IMG/VR virus record: IMGVR_UViG_2901984674_000003
Source: a virus
Taxonomy: Duplodnaviria; Heunggongvirae; Uroviricota; Caudoviricetes
Strand: one strand, 5' to 3'
DNA length: 64,000 bases
Each line of letters opens with the position of its first letter. Position 1 is the first letter of the stretch. Positions 19,770 through 27,257 of this stretch are shown here, one piece after another. Both the position numbers and the translations under genes were made by a program. A model generated the notes under the pieces. The model was not told the origin of the DNA. It was given only the letters and a program-made list of their open reading frames with translations, and made no database searches.

Positions 19770-20933
19770 GTGAAAATGATGATTCGAGTTCAGAAGGTAA
19801 GACTTTATCCAAATCAAACGATGAAAAAGGTGCTTGATGATCTATGTGATTATCGTAGATACTGTTGGAATCAAGGCTTAGCTTTATGGAATGATATGTA
19901 TGATAGTTCTTTGATTTTAGATGATAAAAAGTTAAAACCTAGTGAACACAAGGTTCGTAATGAGTTAGTATCTAATAAAGAAGACTGGCAATATCAATTA
20001 TCAGCTCGTTGTTTGCAATTAGCGATTTCCGATTTAGGTAAAGCTTGGAGTAAGTTTTTTAATAAATCACAAGTTGACTGGGGTAAGCCAAAATTCAAAT
20101 CTAAAAAAGCTCCTAGACAAGGGTTTAAAACTGATAGAGCTAAGATTATCAATGGTAAGCTAAGGCTTGACAAACCACACGGAATCAAAACTTGGTATGA
20201 TATTAGTTTTAAAGGTGCTAAGAGTTTAGATGGTGATTTAAAAGTTATCTCAGTTTACCGTGAAAATGGCAAGTACTGGGCTAGTTTACCTTTTGAAGTT
20301 GAAATAGCCAAGAAAACTAAAACTGGTAAGAAAACAGCAGTTGATATTAATGTCGGTCATTTTAACTATACCGAAGGTAAAGTTAATACACTACCTAATC
20401 ATTTAAGAAAACTCTATAAACGTATCAAACATTACCAACGTCAGTTAGCTAAAAAACGTGTCGTTAATGGAAGAAAAGCTACTCAATCGCATAATTATGT
20501 TAAAACGAGAGCCAAGTTACAACGTGATTATCGTAAAGTAACTAATATCCAACATGATATTGTGCATAAATTTACAACTAAATTAGCAAGTGATTACGAT
20601 AAGATAGCCATTGAAAATTTAGCAGTGAAGAAAATGCAGATGACGCACGTTGCATCTAAAGGCTTACAAAGATCATTATTTGGCTATTTTAGACAAATAT
20701 TAGCTTATAAAGCCGATTGGTATGGTAAGAAAATAGTCTTAGCAAGTCAATTTTATCCAAGCACACAAAGATGTTCCAAATGTGGTTATATTAAGACTGG
20801 CGAAGATAAAATTGGTCTTGATGGAAACCAAAAACATAAGACTAAACATAATGAATATATTTGTTATGAATGTGGTTCGGTTATGGATAGAGATGAAAAT
20901 GCAGTAAAAAATCTTCTGGCTTTAATAGCTTAG
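19770..20933 (+). CDS. tnpB: TnpB (IS605 OrfB family), copy 2
   Basis: 387-aa ORF with RuvC-I VDINVGH, RuvC-II IAIENL, a CSKCG...CYECG zinc finger and RuvC-III DRDENAVKNL. A hairpin-rich 3' flank at 20934-21060 is the likely right end or omega-RNA. Confidence 0.85.
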   Translation: MKMMIRVQKVRLYPNQTMKKVLDDLCDYRRYCWNQGLALWNDMYDSSLILDDKKLKPSEHKVRNELVSNKEDWQYQLSARCLQLAISDLGKAWSKFFNKSQVDWGKPKFKSKKAPRQGFKTDRAKIINGKLRLDKPHGIKTWYDISFKGAKSLDGDLKVISVYRENGKYWASLPFEVEIAKKTKTGKKTAVDINVGHFNYTEGKVNTLPNHLRKLYKRIKHYQRQLAKKRVVNGRKATQSHNYVKTRAKLQRDYRKVTNIQHDIVHKFTTKLASDYDKIAIENLAVKKMQMTHVASKGLQRSLFGYFRQILAYKADWYGKKIVLASQFYPSTQRCSKCGYIKTGEDKIGLDGNQKHKTKHNEYICYECGSVMDRDENAVKNLLALIA

Positions 20934-21445
20934 AAATATTATGGGGTGGGCTTACACCCTCAAGCTATCAGAGTTAGTCAATGTCATTACCCTCTAGTTA
21001 GGATATGGGAATACTAATGTTGACGGTAGTAAATAAAATTTAGGAAGGGAAAAATGTATTCTTTCTAATAATATAGAAATAATAGATATTTTTCTATATT
21101 ATTCTAATTTTATATAGCAGTAAGAGATGCGAATATTAATAATTTTCTAGTTTTTTTGAATAAATTATATCAAATGATACTACTTAAAAATACACTTCAC
21201 TCAACCTAATGGAGTTAACCAGTCAACAAGCTTTTAGAATTAATTCTAAAAGCTCTTGTGGACAACTTTACAACTCATTTGGCAGTCGTGCTTTGTTTCA
21301 AAAATCATTTGTAAGCTTCTTAAATTAGAAATTTAAGTTTAGCTTAGCTGGAACTAATCCGATTCCATCTGTACCATCAGTAAAAGCATTCGGTACTACT
21401 TTTTTAATATTTGTAAGATTCTTTATATTTCATTCGACTTACAAG

Positions 21446-21493
21446 TTGGCACGCATGGTTGCTGTAATAACGGTTCAATTCCGTTAGTGCTAA
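21446..21493 (+). ncRNA. tRNA-like minihelix (family 1, copy d), fused directly to scaffold S1
   Basis: TTGGCAC gcatggttgctgtaata ACGG-TTCAATT-CCGT ta GTGCTAA, followed by 'ttg' and then GAGGACGCTTG... Confidence 0.55.
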
Positions 21494-21496
21494 TTG

Positions 21497-21636
21497 GAGG
21501 ACGCTTGTTCTTGACAGCTCGGTAAATATTTCTAGCCTCTACGGTGTAACGTTGGTTAATCTAACGGTAAAACATCGCAAGCATGGAAAGTTCCCAAGAA
21601 GCTTGTGTCACTATTAAATACAGTTAGAAAACAACG
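21497..21636 (+). ncRNA. Conserved ~140-nt RNA scaffold S1 (tracrRNA/omega-RNA-like), start GAGGACGCTTGTTCTTGACAGCTCGG and internal GTTCCCAAGAAGCTT box
   Basis: One of six paralogous copies (21497, 23281, 33711, 34380, 36074, 37098). Each lies between a tRNA-like element and a repeat array. Confidence 0.6.
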
Positions 21637-21861
21637 GTTATGAACCTAGGTTAAATGACATAGGTGTAAGACCAGCAGTGTAAAAGCTTAAAAGCTGTTG
21701 TTGTTTTGAACTTAGGTTGAATGATGTAGGTTGAAGACTATATAAAATCTAGCATAGAAACTCTTGCATTTTGAACCTAGTTAAAATGACGTAAGTATAA
21801 GACAGAATACTGTATAGAGAGTTATGTTCTGAACTTAGCTAAAACAAACATAAGATAAGAC
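21637..21861 (+). CRISPR. CRISPR-like array A1: 4 repeats (36, 36, 35 and 33 nt, increasingly degenerate distally) with 30, 30 and 25-nt spacers
   Basis: The repeats are GTTATGAACCTAGGTTAAATGACATAGGTGTAAGAC, GTTTTGAACTTAGGTTGAATGATGTAGGTTGAAGAC, TTTTGAACCTAGTTAAAATGACGTAAGTATAAGAC and CTGAACTTAGCTAAAACAAACATAAGATAAGAC. The spacers are unique. Confidence 0.7.
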
Positions 21862-21982
21862 ATATCACAGGTTTATCTCACAAGCATTTTGGAATAAAAG
21901 CTAGTTCGATTCTAGCTATGCTTATTACCATTACTAAGCTTCGTAATGGTAACACACTTGCACTAAAACTATTACTTATAGG

Positions 21983-22046
21983 TTGGTAGAGTGGTTGTAT
22001 CGAGGTTCGATTCCTTGGCTACCAATAGGGTTGTCATAGACCCTAA
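21983..22046 (+). ncRNA. tRNA-like minihelix plus hairpin (family 1, copy e)
   Basis: TTGGTAG agtggttgtat CGAGG-TTCGATT-CCTTGG CTACCAA, then TAGGGttgtcatagaCCCTA. Confidence 0.5.
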
Positions 22047-22074
22047 AACTATTTCCTCTTATTGTAGGCTGCAA

Positions 22075-22335
22075 TGCCTTATTATATAAACTCCGTCAAC
22101 AGTAACCACCTACTAAAGTAGGTAACTTGTAGTAATACAAGTTTTGTTGTCTAGACTAAGTTCTTAGAGAACTACGTTATTTCAGTGATCATACCTAGAA
22201 ATGGTACCCTAGTTTCTAGCTCTATGAAGGCTCTGTAAACAAGCATAAGGTTAATGTGCTAGTCAACCTTGTAATAAGCTGAAATAACATTGTCGAAGGG
22301 TAACCACATGTATTTATTAACTCTGATAAATACGT
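22075..22335 (+). ncRNA. Orphan IscB omega-RNA-like scaffold (copy B) with no adjacent iscB ORF
   Basis: About 70% identical over about 240 nt to the region immediately upstream of iscB at 42370-42633. Shared blocks include CGTCAACAG(T)AACCACC(T)ACTAAAGTAGGT..CTTGTAG.AATACAAGTT and CGAAGGGTA(A)CCAC. The 5' flank (guide position) differs. Confidence 0.6.
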
Positions 22336-22378
22336 GATAAGGTCATTAATACCTTATATACTCCTTAAAATATTTGGT

Positions 22379-22443
22379 TGGCACGCATGGTTGCTATAAT
22401 AGTGGTTCGATCCCACTTGTGCTAATAGGGTGTAATAGCCCTA
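22379..22443 (+). ncRNA. tRNA-like minihelix plus hairpin (family 1, copy f)
   Basis: TTGGCAC gcatggttgctataat AGTGG-TTCGATC-CCACT t GTGCTAA, then TAGGGtgtaataGCCCTA. Confidence 0.5.
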
Positions 22444-22483
22444 ATGGTTGTATATTACTCCTTTTTAAAAAGTTACTTATAGG

Positions 22484-22549
22484 CTGGCACACATGGTTGT
22501 CTTGCAACAGTTCGATTCTGTTGGTGCCAATTGTAGCATTAAGCTACAA
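22484..22549 (+). ncRNA. tRNA-like minihelix (family 1, copy g)
   Basis: CTGGCAC acatggttgtcttgc AACAG-TTCGATT-CTGTT g GTGCCAA. Confidence 0.45.
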
Positions 22550-22627
22550 ACTCAAAACTTTTTCTCTTTAGAGTAATAAAAAAATTACTCTAACTAACAT
22601 AACTCCTTGATTTAATATATGATTTGG

Positions 22628-22696
22628 TTGGCACGTACGGTTACTTTATGGTAGTTCGACTCTACCAGTGCTAATTGCCTTTGGTAAAACGAAGGC
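22628..22696 (+). ncRNA. tRNA-like minihelix plus hairpin (family 1, copy h)
   Basis: TTGGCAC gtacggttactttatg GTAG-TTCGACT-CTAC ca GTGCTAA, then GCCTTTggtaaaacGAAGGC. Confidence 0.5.
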
Positions 22697-22761
22697 TAAA
22701 ATAACCCTTCTTATGGGGCAACAAAAATATCTTTCCTTTATAAGGTTTTTCTCTCAAATAG

Positions 22762-22831
22762 GTTGGCACGTACGGTTGCTTCTATAGTGGTTCGACTCCG
22801 CTAGTGCCAATAGGTTAGGGTTAATCCTAAC
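22762..22831 (+). ncRNA. tRNA-like minihelix plus hairpin (family 1, copy i)
   Basis: TTGGCAC gtacggttgcttctat AGTGG-TTCGACT-CCGCT a GTGCCAA, then GGTTAGGgttaatCCTAACC. Confidence 0.5.
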
Positions 22832-22993
22832 CGCCTACCTTATGTTATTTTTGGTGCTGGACTTTGCCTCCTGTACAAGGCTATGAAAAAAGTCAAAACG
22901 AACTGTTAAACAAACTAAGGCTGTACACCTGACAAGAGTGGGTGTTTGCAAGACAGTTCCTTGTATTTCGTTAGTTGGCCTTTGGAAATACAG

Positions 22994-23059
22994 TTGGTAA
23001 CACGGTTGTGACGTCAAGGTTCGACTCCTTGTTTACCAATAGGGCTAAGATAAGCCCTA
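22994..23059 (+). ncRNA. tRNA-like minihelix plus hairpin (family 1, copy j)
   Basis: TTGGTAA cacggttgtgacgt CAAGG-TTCGACT-CCTTG t TTACCAA, then TAGGGCTaagataAGCCCTA. Confidence 0.5.
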
Positions 23060-23084
23060 AATAAATCATAACATTAATTCAAGG

Positions 23085-23156
23085 TTGGCACGCATGGTTG
23101 CTATAATAACGGTTCGATTCCGTTAGTGCCAATAGCCTTTGCCAACGCAAGGGCTA
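23085..23156 (+). ncRNA. tRNA-like minihelix plus hairpin (family 1, copy k)
   Basis: TTGGCAC gcatggttgctataata ACGG-TTCGATT-CCGT ta GTGCCAA, then TAGCCTTTGccaacGCAAGGGCTA. Confidence 0.5.
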
Positions 23157-23215
23157 ACCAACTAATCGGAATGTATATGTACAACACTTTTTCCTCCCTT
23201 AATAAAAAGTGTGTG

Positions 23216-23277
23216 TAGCGATGTAGCTTAACGGTAGAGCAAGGCATGGGATACAGGTTCGACTCCTGTCATCGCTA
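23216..23277 (+). ncRNA. tRNA-like element (family 2, copy l): acceptor stem, D-arm and T-arm present, but the anticodon arm is collapsed to 13 nt. Fused to scaffold S2.
   Basis: TAGCGAT g TAGCTTAACGGTAGAGC aaggcatgggata CAGG-TTCGACT-CCTG tc ATCGCTA, followed by 'ttg' and then AAGGACGCTTG. Confidence 0.55.
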
Positions 23278-23280
23278 TTG

Positions 23281-23441
23281 AAGGACGCTTGTTCTTGACA
23301 GCTTGGTAAACATCTCTAACCTCTGCATAATCGCAACTTGCATTAGTTAGTTAGCGATTATGTAAGTCTAAAGAGTTCCCAAGAAGCTTATGTCAAAGTT
23401 AAATATAGGTTTTGAGCCTAGTTGAAAGCATAAGCTAAGAC
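23281..23441 (+). ncRNA. Scaffold S2 plus a single degenerate repeat (GGTTTTGAGCCTAGTTGAAAGCATAAGCTAAGAC). The guide position runs into the RBS and start of ORF 23462.
   Basis: Paralogous to S1, S3, S5 and S6. The lone repeat ends at 23441 and is followed by TAAATGATTATATCAAGGAGGTGGTT, which is the 5'UTR and GTG start of the next gene. Confidence 0.5.
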
Positions 23442-23461
23442 TAAATGATTATATCAAGGAG

Positions 23462-24217
23462 GTGGTTAAAATCATTACTCGAGATTATGCAATCAAAAAA
23501 TTCAACGCAATTTTAAACAATGTTAATAACGGTGGCACTGACGTATATGAAGTAACCAGTGCCAATATTTTTAGCTTATCTAAGGCTTTAAAATACATCA
23601 ATCAAGTAGATCCTAACACGGTTTTGTGGCAGCATACACCAACGCATCACGTAGCTTGTGTGTACGTAAAACAAAACACAGGCTTTGCTTATAACCGAGA
23701 TTATTTAGACTTGATTGCTAACGGTATCGACAGTGAAGAAAAGTTTAGAGAAGCTTGGCGACAAAGGAATGGCAAAAATACGAGGGGGCATTTTCCTGCA
23801 ATTGAAAAGAGTGCTACTAAAAGCCAACGAGTTAAGCATGAATCTTACATTGTTGCTGACTTAAATTCAGAAAATCCTAACTCTAAGATTCCAGGTAGCC
23901 TAAGTCCTAATCACGTTGATAGAACACACTTAATTTCATCGCAGATTACAGGCATTGAAAGACACAAGGGTTTACTTATTGATTTTGACAGTTGGCTAAA
24001 CCGTACACCAATGAACACGTTTGAAACTTACATTTTACGTATGTCAAACAAGCAAGACATTATTTGGTTAGCGTTTGTTTGGAGAGAAAACGATGGTTTA
24101 CATTGGAAGTACACAATGCTAGATAACCAAGGTACGATTCTACGTGAACGAGAATGGATAGACGATCGTTGGACTTACATTTGGAAATACGACCCTTATC
24201 AAGAAAATATCGACTAG
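23462..24217 (+). CDS. Hypothetical protein, possibly a non-specific nuclease-like fold (weak)
   Basis: 251 aa with a GTG start after an AAGGAGG RBS. VDRTHLISSQ...LN loosely resembles the DRGH motif of EndA/NucA-type nucleases. Low-confidence assignment. Confidence 0.4.
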   Translation: MVKIITRDYAIKKFNAILNNVNNGGTDVYEVTSANIFSLSKALKYINQVDPNTVLWQHTPTHHVACVYVKQNTGFAYNRDYLDLIANGIDSEEKFREAWRQRNGKNTRGHFPAIEKSATKSQRVKHESYIVADLNSENPNSKIPGSLSPNHVDRTHLISSQITGIERHKGLLIDFDSWLNRTPMNTFETYILRMSNKQDIIWLAFVWRENDGLHWKYTMLDNQGTILREREWIDDRWTYIWKYDPYQENID

Positions 24218-24232
24218 AAAGAAGGTTTACAT

Positions 24233-24505
24233 ATGAGTTCAAATGAAATCAAAAAAATTGCTGATGAAACTACTAAATTACTCCAAGACGCAGGCTACGA
24301 AGAAACTTTAATGGTACTTAGAAAAGGCGAAAGAACTATGATGGAAGGTCAACTAAGTCCTGAAACAACTATTAGGGTTATCACATCTTTGTTTGAACCA
24401 TTACACGAAGAAGTAAAAATCTTAATCGCAAGTTTGTTACTTGATAATTTAGGCATTCATGACTTGTTTGATGAAGATGATGAAGAAGACGATGACGAAT
24501 ACTAG
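24233..24505 (+). CDS. Small protein with a poly-acidic C-terminus (DEDDEEDDDEY), possibly a DNA-mimic or immunity-like protein
   Basis: 90-aa ORF, 15 nt after the preceding gene. Confidence 0.4.
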   Translation: MSSNEIKKIADETTKLLQDAGYEETLMVLRKGERTMMEGQLSPETTIRVITSLFEPLHEEVKILIASLLLDNLGIHDLFDEDDEEDDDEY

Positions 24506-24520
24506 AAAGGAAGTTTTAAT

Positions 24521-25588
24521 ATGACTAAAACTAACATTGAAGGAACATTTACAAAAGTATCAGATACATTAATTGAAGATGAAAAATACAAGGACTTAAG
24601 CGGTCTATCAATCTTGTTATATTCACTTTATGCAAGACGTTTAACTTGCTCTATTAATAGCGCTAAAAATGGAAATAAAGATTTTGTTGATGAAAAAGGT
24701 AATCCATACATTATCTTCACTAATGAAGAAGCAGCTGAAAAAGTACGTACAACTAGCAGAACTGTATCTAAGTTACGTAAAGAGTTAGTTAACCATGGCT
24801 TAATCAGTGTAAAAAGACTTGGTTTAAAGCATTACAAAATCTATGTGCATGAACCACAAGCAAGCGTTCAAAAGAAGACTCAAAGTACTGATAAGAGTAG
24901 TAGTAACAACGATATTAACAACGTGAATGAAGACCTGGTTGAAATTATCGACCAGTACGTGAGTGAAGATAATTCATTTACAGGCATGAAAAATAATCCT
25001 ATAAGTGAGAAAGACTCTAAGAGAGATATATATAATAATACAAATGAAACATATGAATCAAATCCTAACTTACAAAAAATTAGCGTTCAACCTTCTCCTT
25101 CTTCTATCGACTCAAAGGTAGATTATAACGTTAATAAAACAGCTATGTTAGCTTTAAGAAGTAGAGTAGCTAACGTTTTAACTCCTGCTGTATGGGGTAG
25201 AGTTGAAGTTTTAGCTCAAGGTGATTATAAACAAGCTAAGTTTATTGTTAACACTATCTTTAAAGCTAAAAGCCAAGTAACTAATAAATTATTGTCTAGT
25301 TCAAACTGGTTATACAATCCTGCAAGTCAAGAAGCTACAAGATTTGAAACTAACAACTTGTTAATCAAGGGTTTAGAATCTGCATTAATTAGAATGACTG
25401 AAATTATTTACAAAGGTCAAGAAAAGGTTAGAAACACTGAAAGCTTTATGTATTCTTACATTCGTAACAACATCGCTAATAGCATTAAGACATACTTGTC
25501 TGACAACTTTGAATTAGCTCAAGATGAACTGATTGAAGTCAATAGCTTAACTAGTTTTGGAACTAAACCACAATACGCTGTGGCTTAG
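24521..25588 (+). CDS. repA: Plasmid replication initiator, RepA_N family
   Basis: The N-terminus LSILLYSLYARRL...DEKGNPYIIFTNEEAAEKV...SRTVSKLRKELVNHGLISVKR fits the RepA_N winged-helix consensus of Firmicutes plasmids. Confidence 0.55.
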   Translation: MTKTNIEGTFTKVSDTLIEDEKYKDLSGLSILLYSLYARRLTCSINSAKNGNKDFVDEKGNPYIIFTNEEAAEKVRTTSRTVSKLRKELVNHGLISVKRLGLKHYKIYVHEPQASVQKKTQSTDKSSSNNDINNVNEDLVEIIDQYVSEDNSFTGMKNNPISEKDSKRDIYNNTNETYESNPNLQKISVQPSPSSIDSKVDYNVNKTAMLALRSRVANVLTPAVWGRVEVLAQGDYKQAKFIVNTIFKAKSQVTNKLLSSSNWLYNPASQEATRFETNNLLIKGLESALIRMTEIIYKGQEKVRNTESFMYSYIRNNIANSIKTYLSDNFELAQDELIEVNSLTSFGTKPQYAVA

Positions 25589-25608
25589 GTTAGTGTTGCC
25601 AAAAAGAG

Positions 25609-25803
25609 GTGATTTATATGGGTTTAGAAAAAGCTATTAAACATGGAAAAGAACATAGAAAGTCTTATTATGGGGCAAAAGCTGTAGACCAAACTTGTCG
25701 CAATCACGGTTCTTGTCCTTGGTGCATGGGTAATCGACTATACCATAGACGCAAACTAGAACAAGCTGCTAGTGACAGCGTTAAAGATTATTTAGTAAAG
25801 TAG
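25609..25803 (+). CDS. Small Cys-rich (zinc-ribbon-like) protein
   Basis: 64 aa containing CRNHGSCPWC. Confidence 0.35.
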   Translation: MIYMGLEKAIKHGKEHRKSYYGAKAVDQTCRNHGSCPWCMGNRLYHRRKLEQAASDSVKDYLVK

Positions 25804-25811
25804 GTGAGATT

Positions 25812-26363
25812 ATGGAAATTAAGACTCAAACTACTATGGCTGTAGCTAACTTTGCCATTGAATTAGCAATCAAACAAAAGCAAGATCTAAGCTATCTCAA
25901 GCTTTGTGAAGTCTTATTTTTCTTGCAAGGCTATTACCTGGACAAATACCAACAACCACTAATAGATTGTGTGTTCAAAAGTAATGTTCACGGTGTAATT
26001 AACAAAGAAATTATTAGTGAGTTTAAATTCTACGGTCCAGGTAATATCAAAAGCCCTAAAATCAACCTTGATTTTTCGAGTTTTTCTTTATTGCACGGTG
26101 GCGAAATTAAGAGTTATCAAGAAGAAGTAGATTTACCTAAAATTCAACTAGAAGAGTTACAGAAAGTTACTCAGACCTTAATTTCTAAGCCAAGTTGGCA
26201 GTTAGGCAAAGTTATCATCAGCCATGGAACTCACAAAGATCCTCTTGTTAACGAACTTAGCGAAATATTGGGACATAGAACATACGAATATGCAGAATAC
26301 ACTAATTTTGAAATCGAAGAATGCTTTGTTGATAACAAAAAGTGGTTGCTCTCAGTCATTTAA
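25812..26363 (+). CDS. Hypothetical protein
   Basis: 183-aa ORF. Confidence 0.45.
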   Translation: MEIKTQTTMAVANFAIELAIKQKQDLSYLKLCEVLFFLQGYYLDKYQQPLIDCVFKSNVHGVINKEIISEFKFYGPGNIKSPKINLDFSSFSLLHGGEIKSYQEEVDLPKIQLEELQKVTQTLISKPSWQLGKVIISHGTHKDPLVNELSEILGHRTYEYAEYTNFEIEECFVDNKKWLLSVI

Positions 26364-26384
26364 GAAAGATCTAACTGAAGGGAG

Positions 26385-26753
26385 ATGGTAAAAATTGCAA
26401 CATATAAAGAAGTAATTAATTATTTGAACTATTTAGACATGGGTGCAAAAAAAATTAATGAGATTGATGATTTCGAAAATGGGACTAAACCAATAGGAGA
26501 ATTATTACTGAATTATAGTCAATCTATAGATTTTGGAAATGGTAATACTTATATAAGTGTTATAGAAGAAGGACTATATAACATGACATATGGGAAAAGA
26601 GCTGAAAATGTAGAAGAGGGGTTTTCTAAGTTCAATGTAGGGGTTGAACGTTATAGAAAATACCTTGCTAAATCATGGTGGCAGTTTGGTGGAGGAATAG
26701 GGAAACAAAAACCAATATCAGAAGTACCCATGGTAACTAAGATTATTTTTTAA
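26385..26753 (+). CDS. Hypothetical protein
   Basis: 122-aa ORF. Confidence 0.4.
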   Translation: MVKIATYKEVINYLNYLDMGAKKINEIDDFENGTKPIGELLLNYSQSIDFGNGNTYISVIEEGLYNMTYGKRAENVEEGFSKFNVGVERYRKYLAKSWWQFGGGIGKQKPISEVPMVTKIIF

Positions 26754-26774
26754 AAAAGGAAAGGGAGTGCTATA

Positions 26775-27257
26775 ATGCACAATTTAAGTTTGAAATCGAT
26801 GCCTAATGCTGCTCTGGATTTTGAATCTGGTAATGGTGATATTAAGCAAAGAAAACTAGCTATTATTCAGGCAAAAAAACGTAGTTTGTACTTAAAAAAG
26901 ATATTAATAGGTTTTTTTGAAACAATTCATATAAAAGTTAAATCAATCAAAGTTAACGGAAGTTTATGCCAATATACATTTGTAATTCCACATTTAGGGG
27001 GATTAATTGATTTTAAAAAGTTAAATATAGTTATTTCAGACAATTTTCCTAAAAGTACAGTTCGTATATGGATGAAAAACGGAAAATTAATTATAGAATT
27101 AAGCAATATGATTAATATTCCTGTATTATTTAAAGATTTAGTTTTAATGAATGAAGAGTATGACGTAGTGAATACGGTGATAGGGCAAGATGGTTCGGAA
27201 ATAGTCGTAAGATTATCCAATTTGTTAGACCTGTTACTACAAATACACAAAATTTAA
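26775..27257 (+). CDS. Hypothetical protein whose 3' ~70 nt overlaps the iscB remnant in another frame (deletion/fusion junction)
   Basis: 160-aa ORF. Its last ~25 codons are encoded by DNA homologous to iscB codons 42-66, read out of frame. Confidence 0.4.
   Translation: MHNLSLKSMPNAALDFESGNGDIKQRKLAIIQAKKRSLYLKKILIGFFETIHIKVKSIKVNGSLCQYTFVIPHLGGLIDFKKLNIVISDNFPKSTVRIWMKNGKLIIELSNMINIPVLFKDLVLMNEEYDVVNTVIGQDGSEIVVRLSNLLDLLLQIHKI

Noticed and set aside
19396-23277. Possibility that the tRNA-like units are genuine tRNA genes or pseudo-tRNAs
   Set aside because: They have no anticodon stem-loop. The family-1 units also have no D-arm and total only about 48 nt, and there is no CCA or processing context of a tRNA operon. 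They are treated as tRNA-like minihelices.
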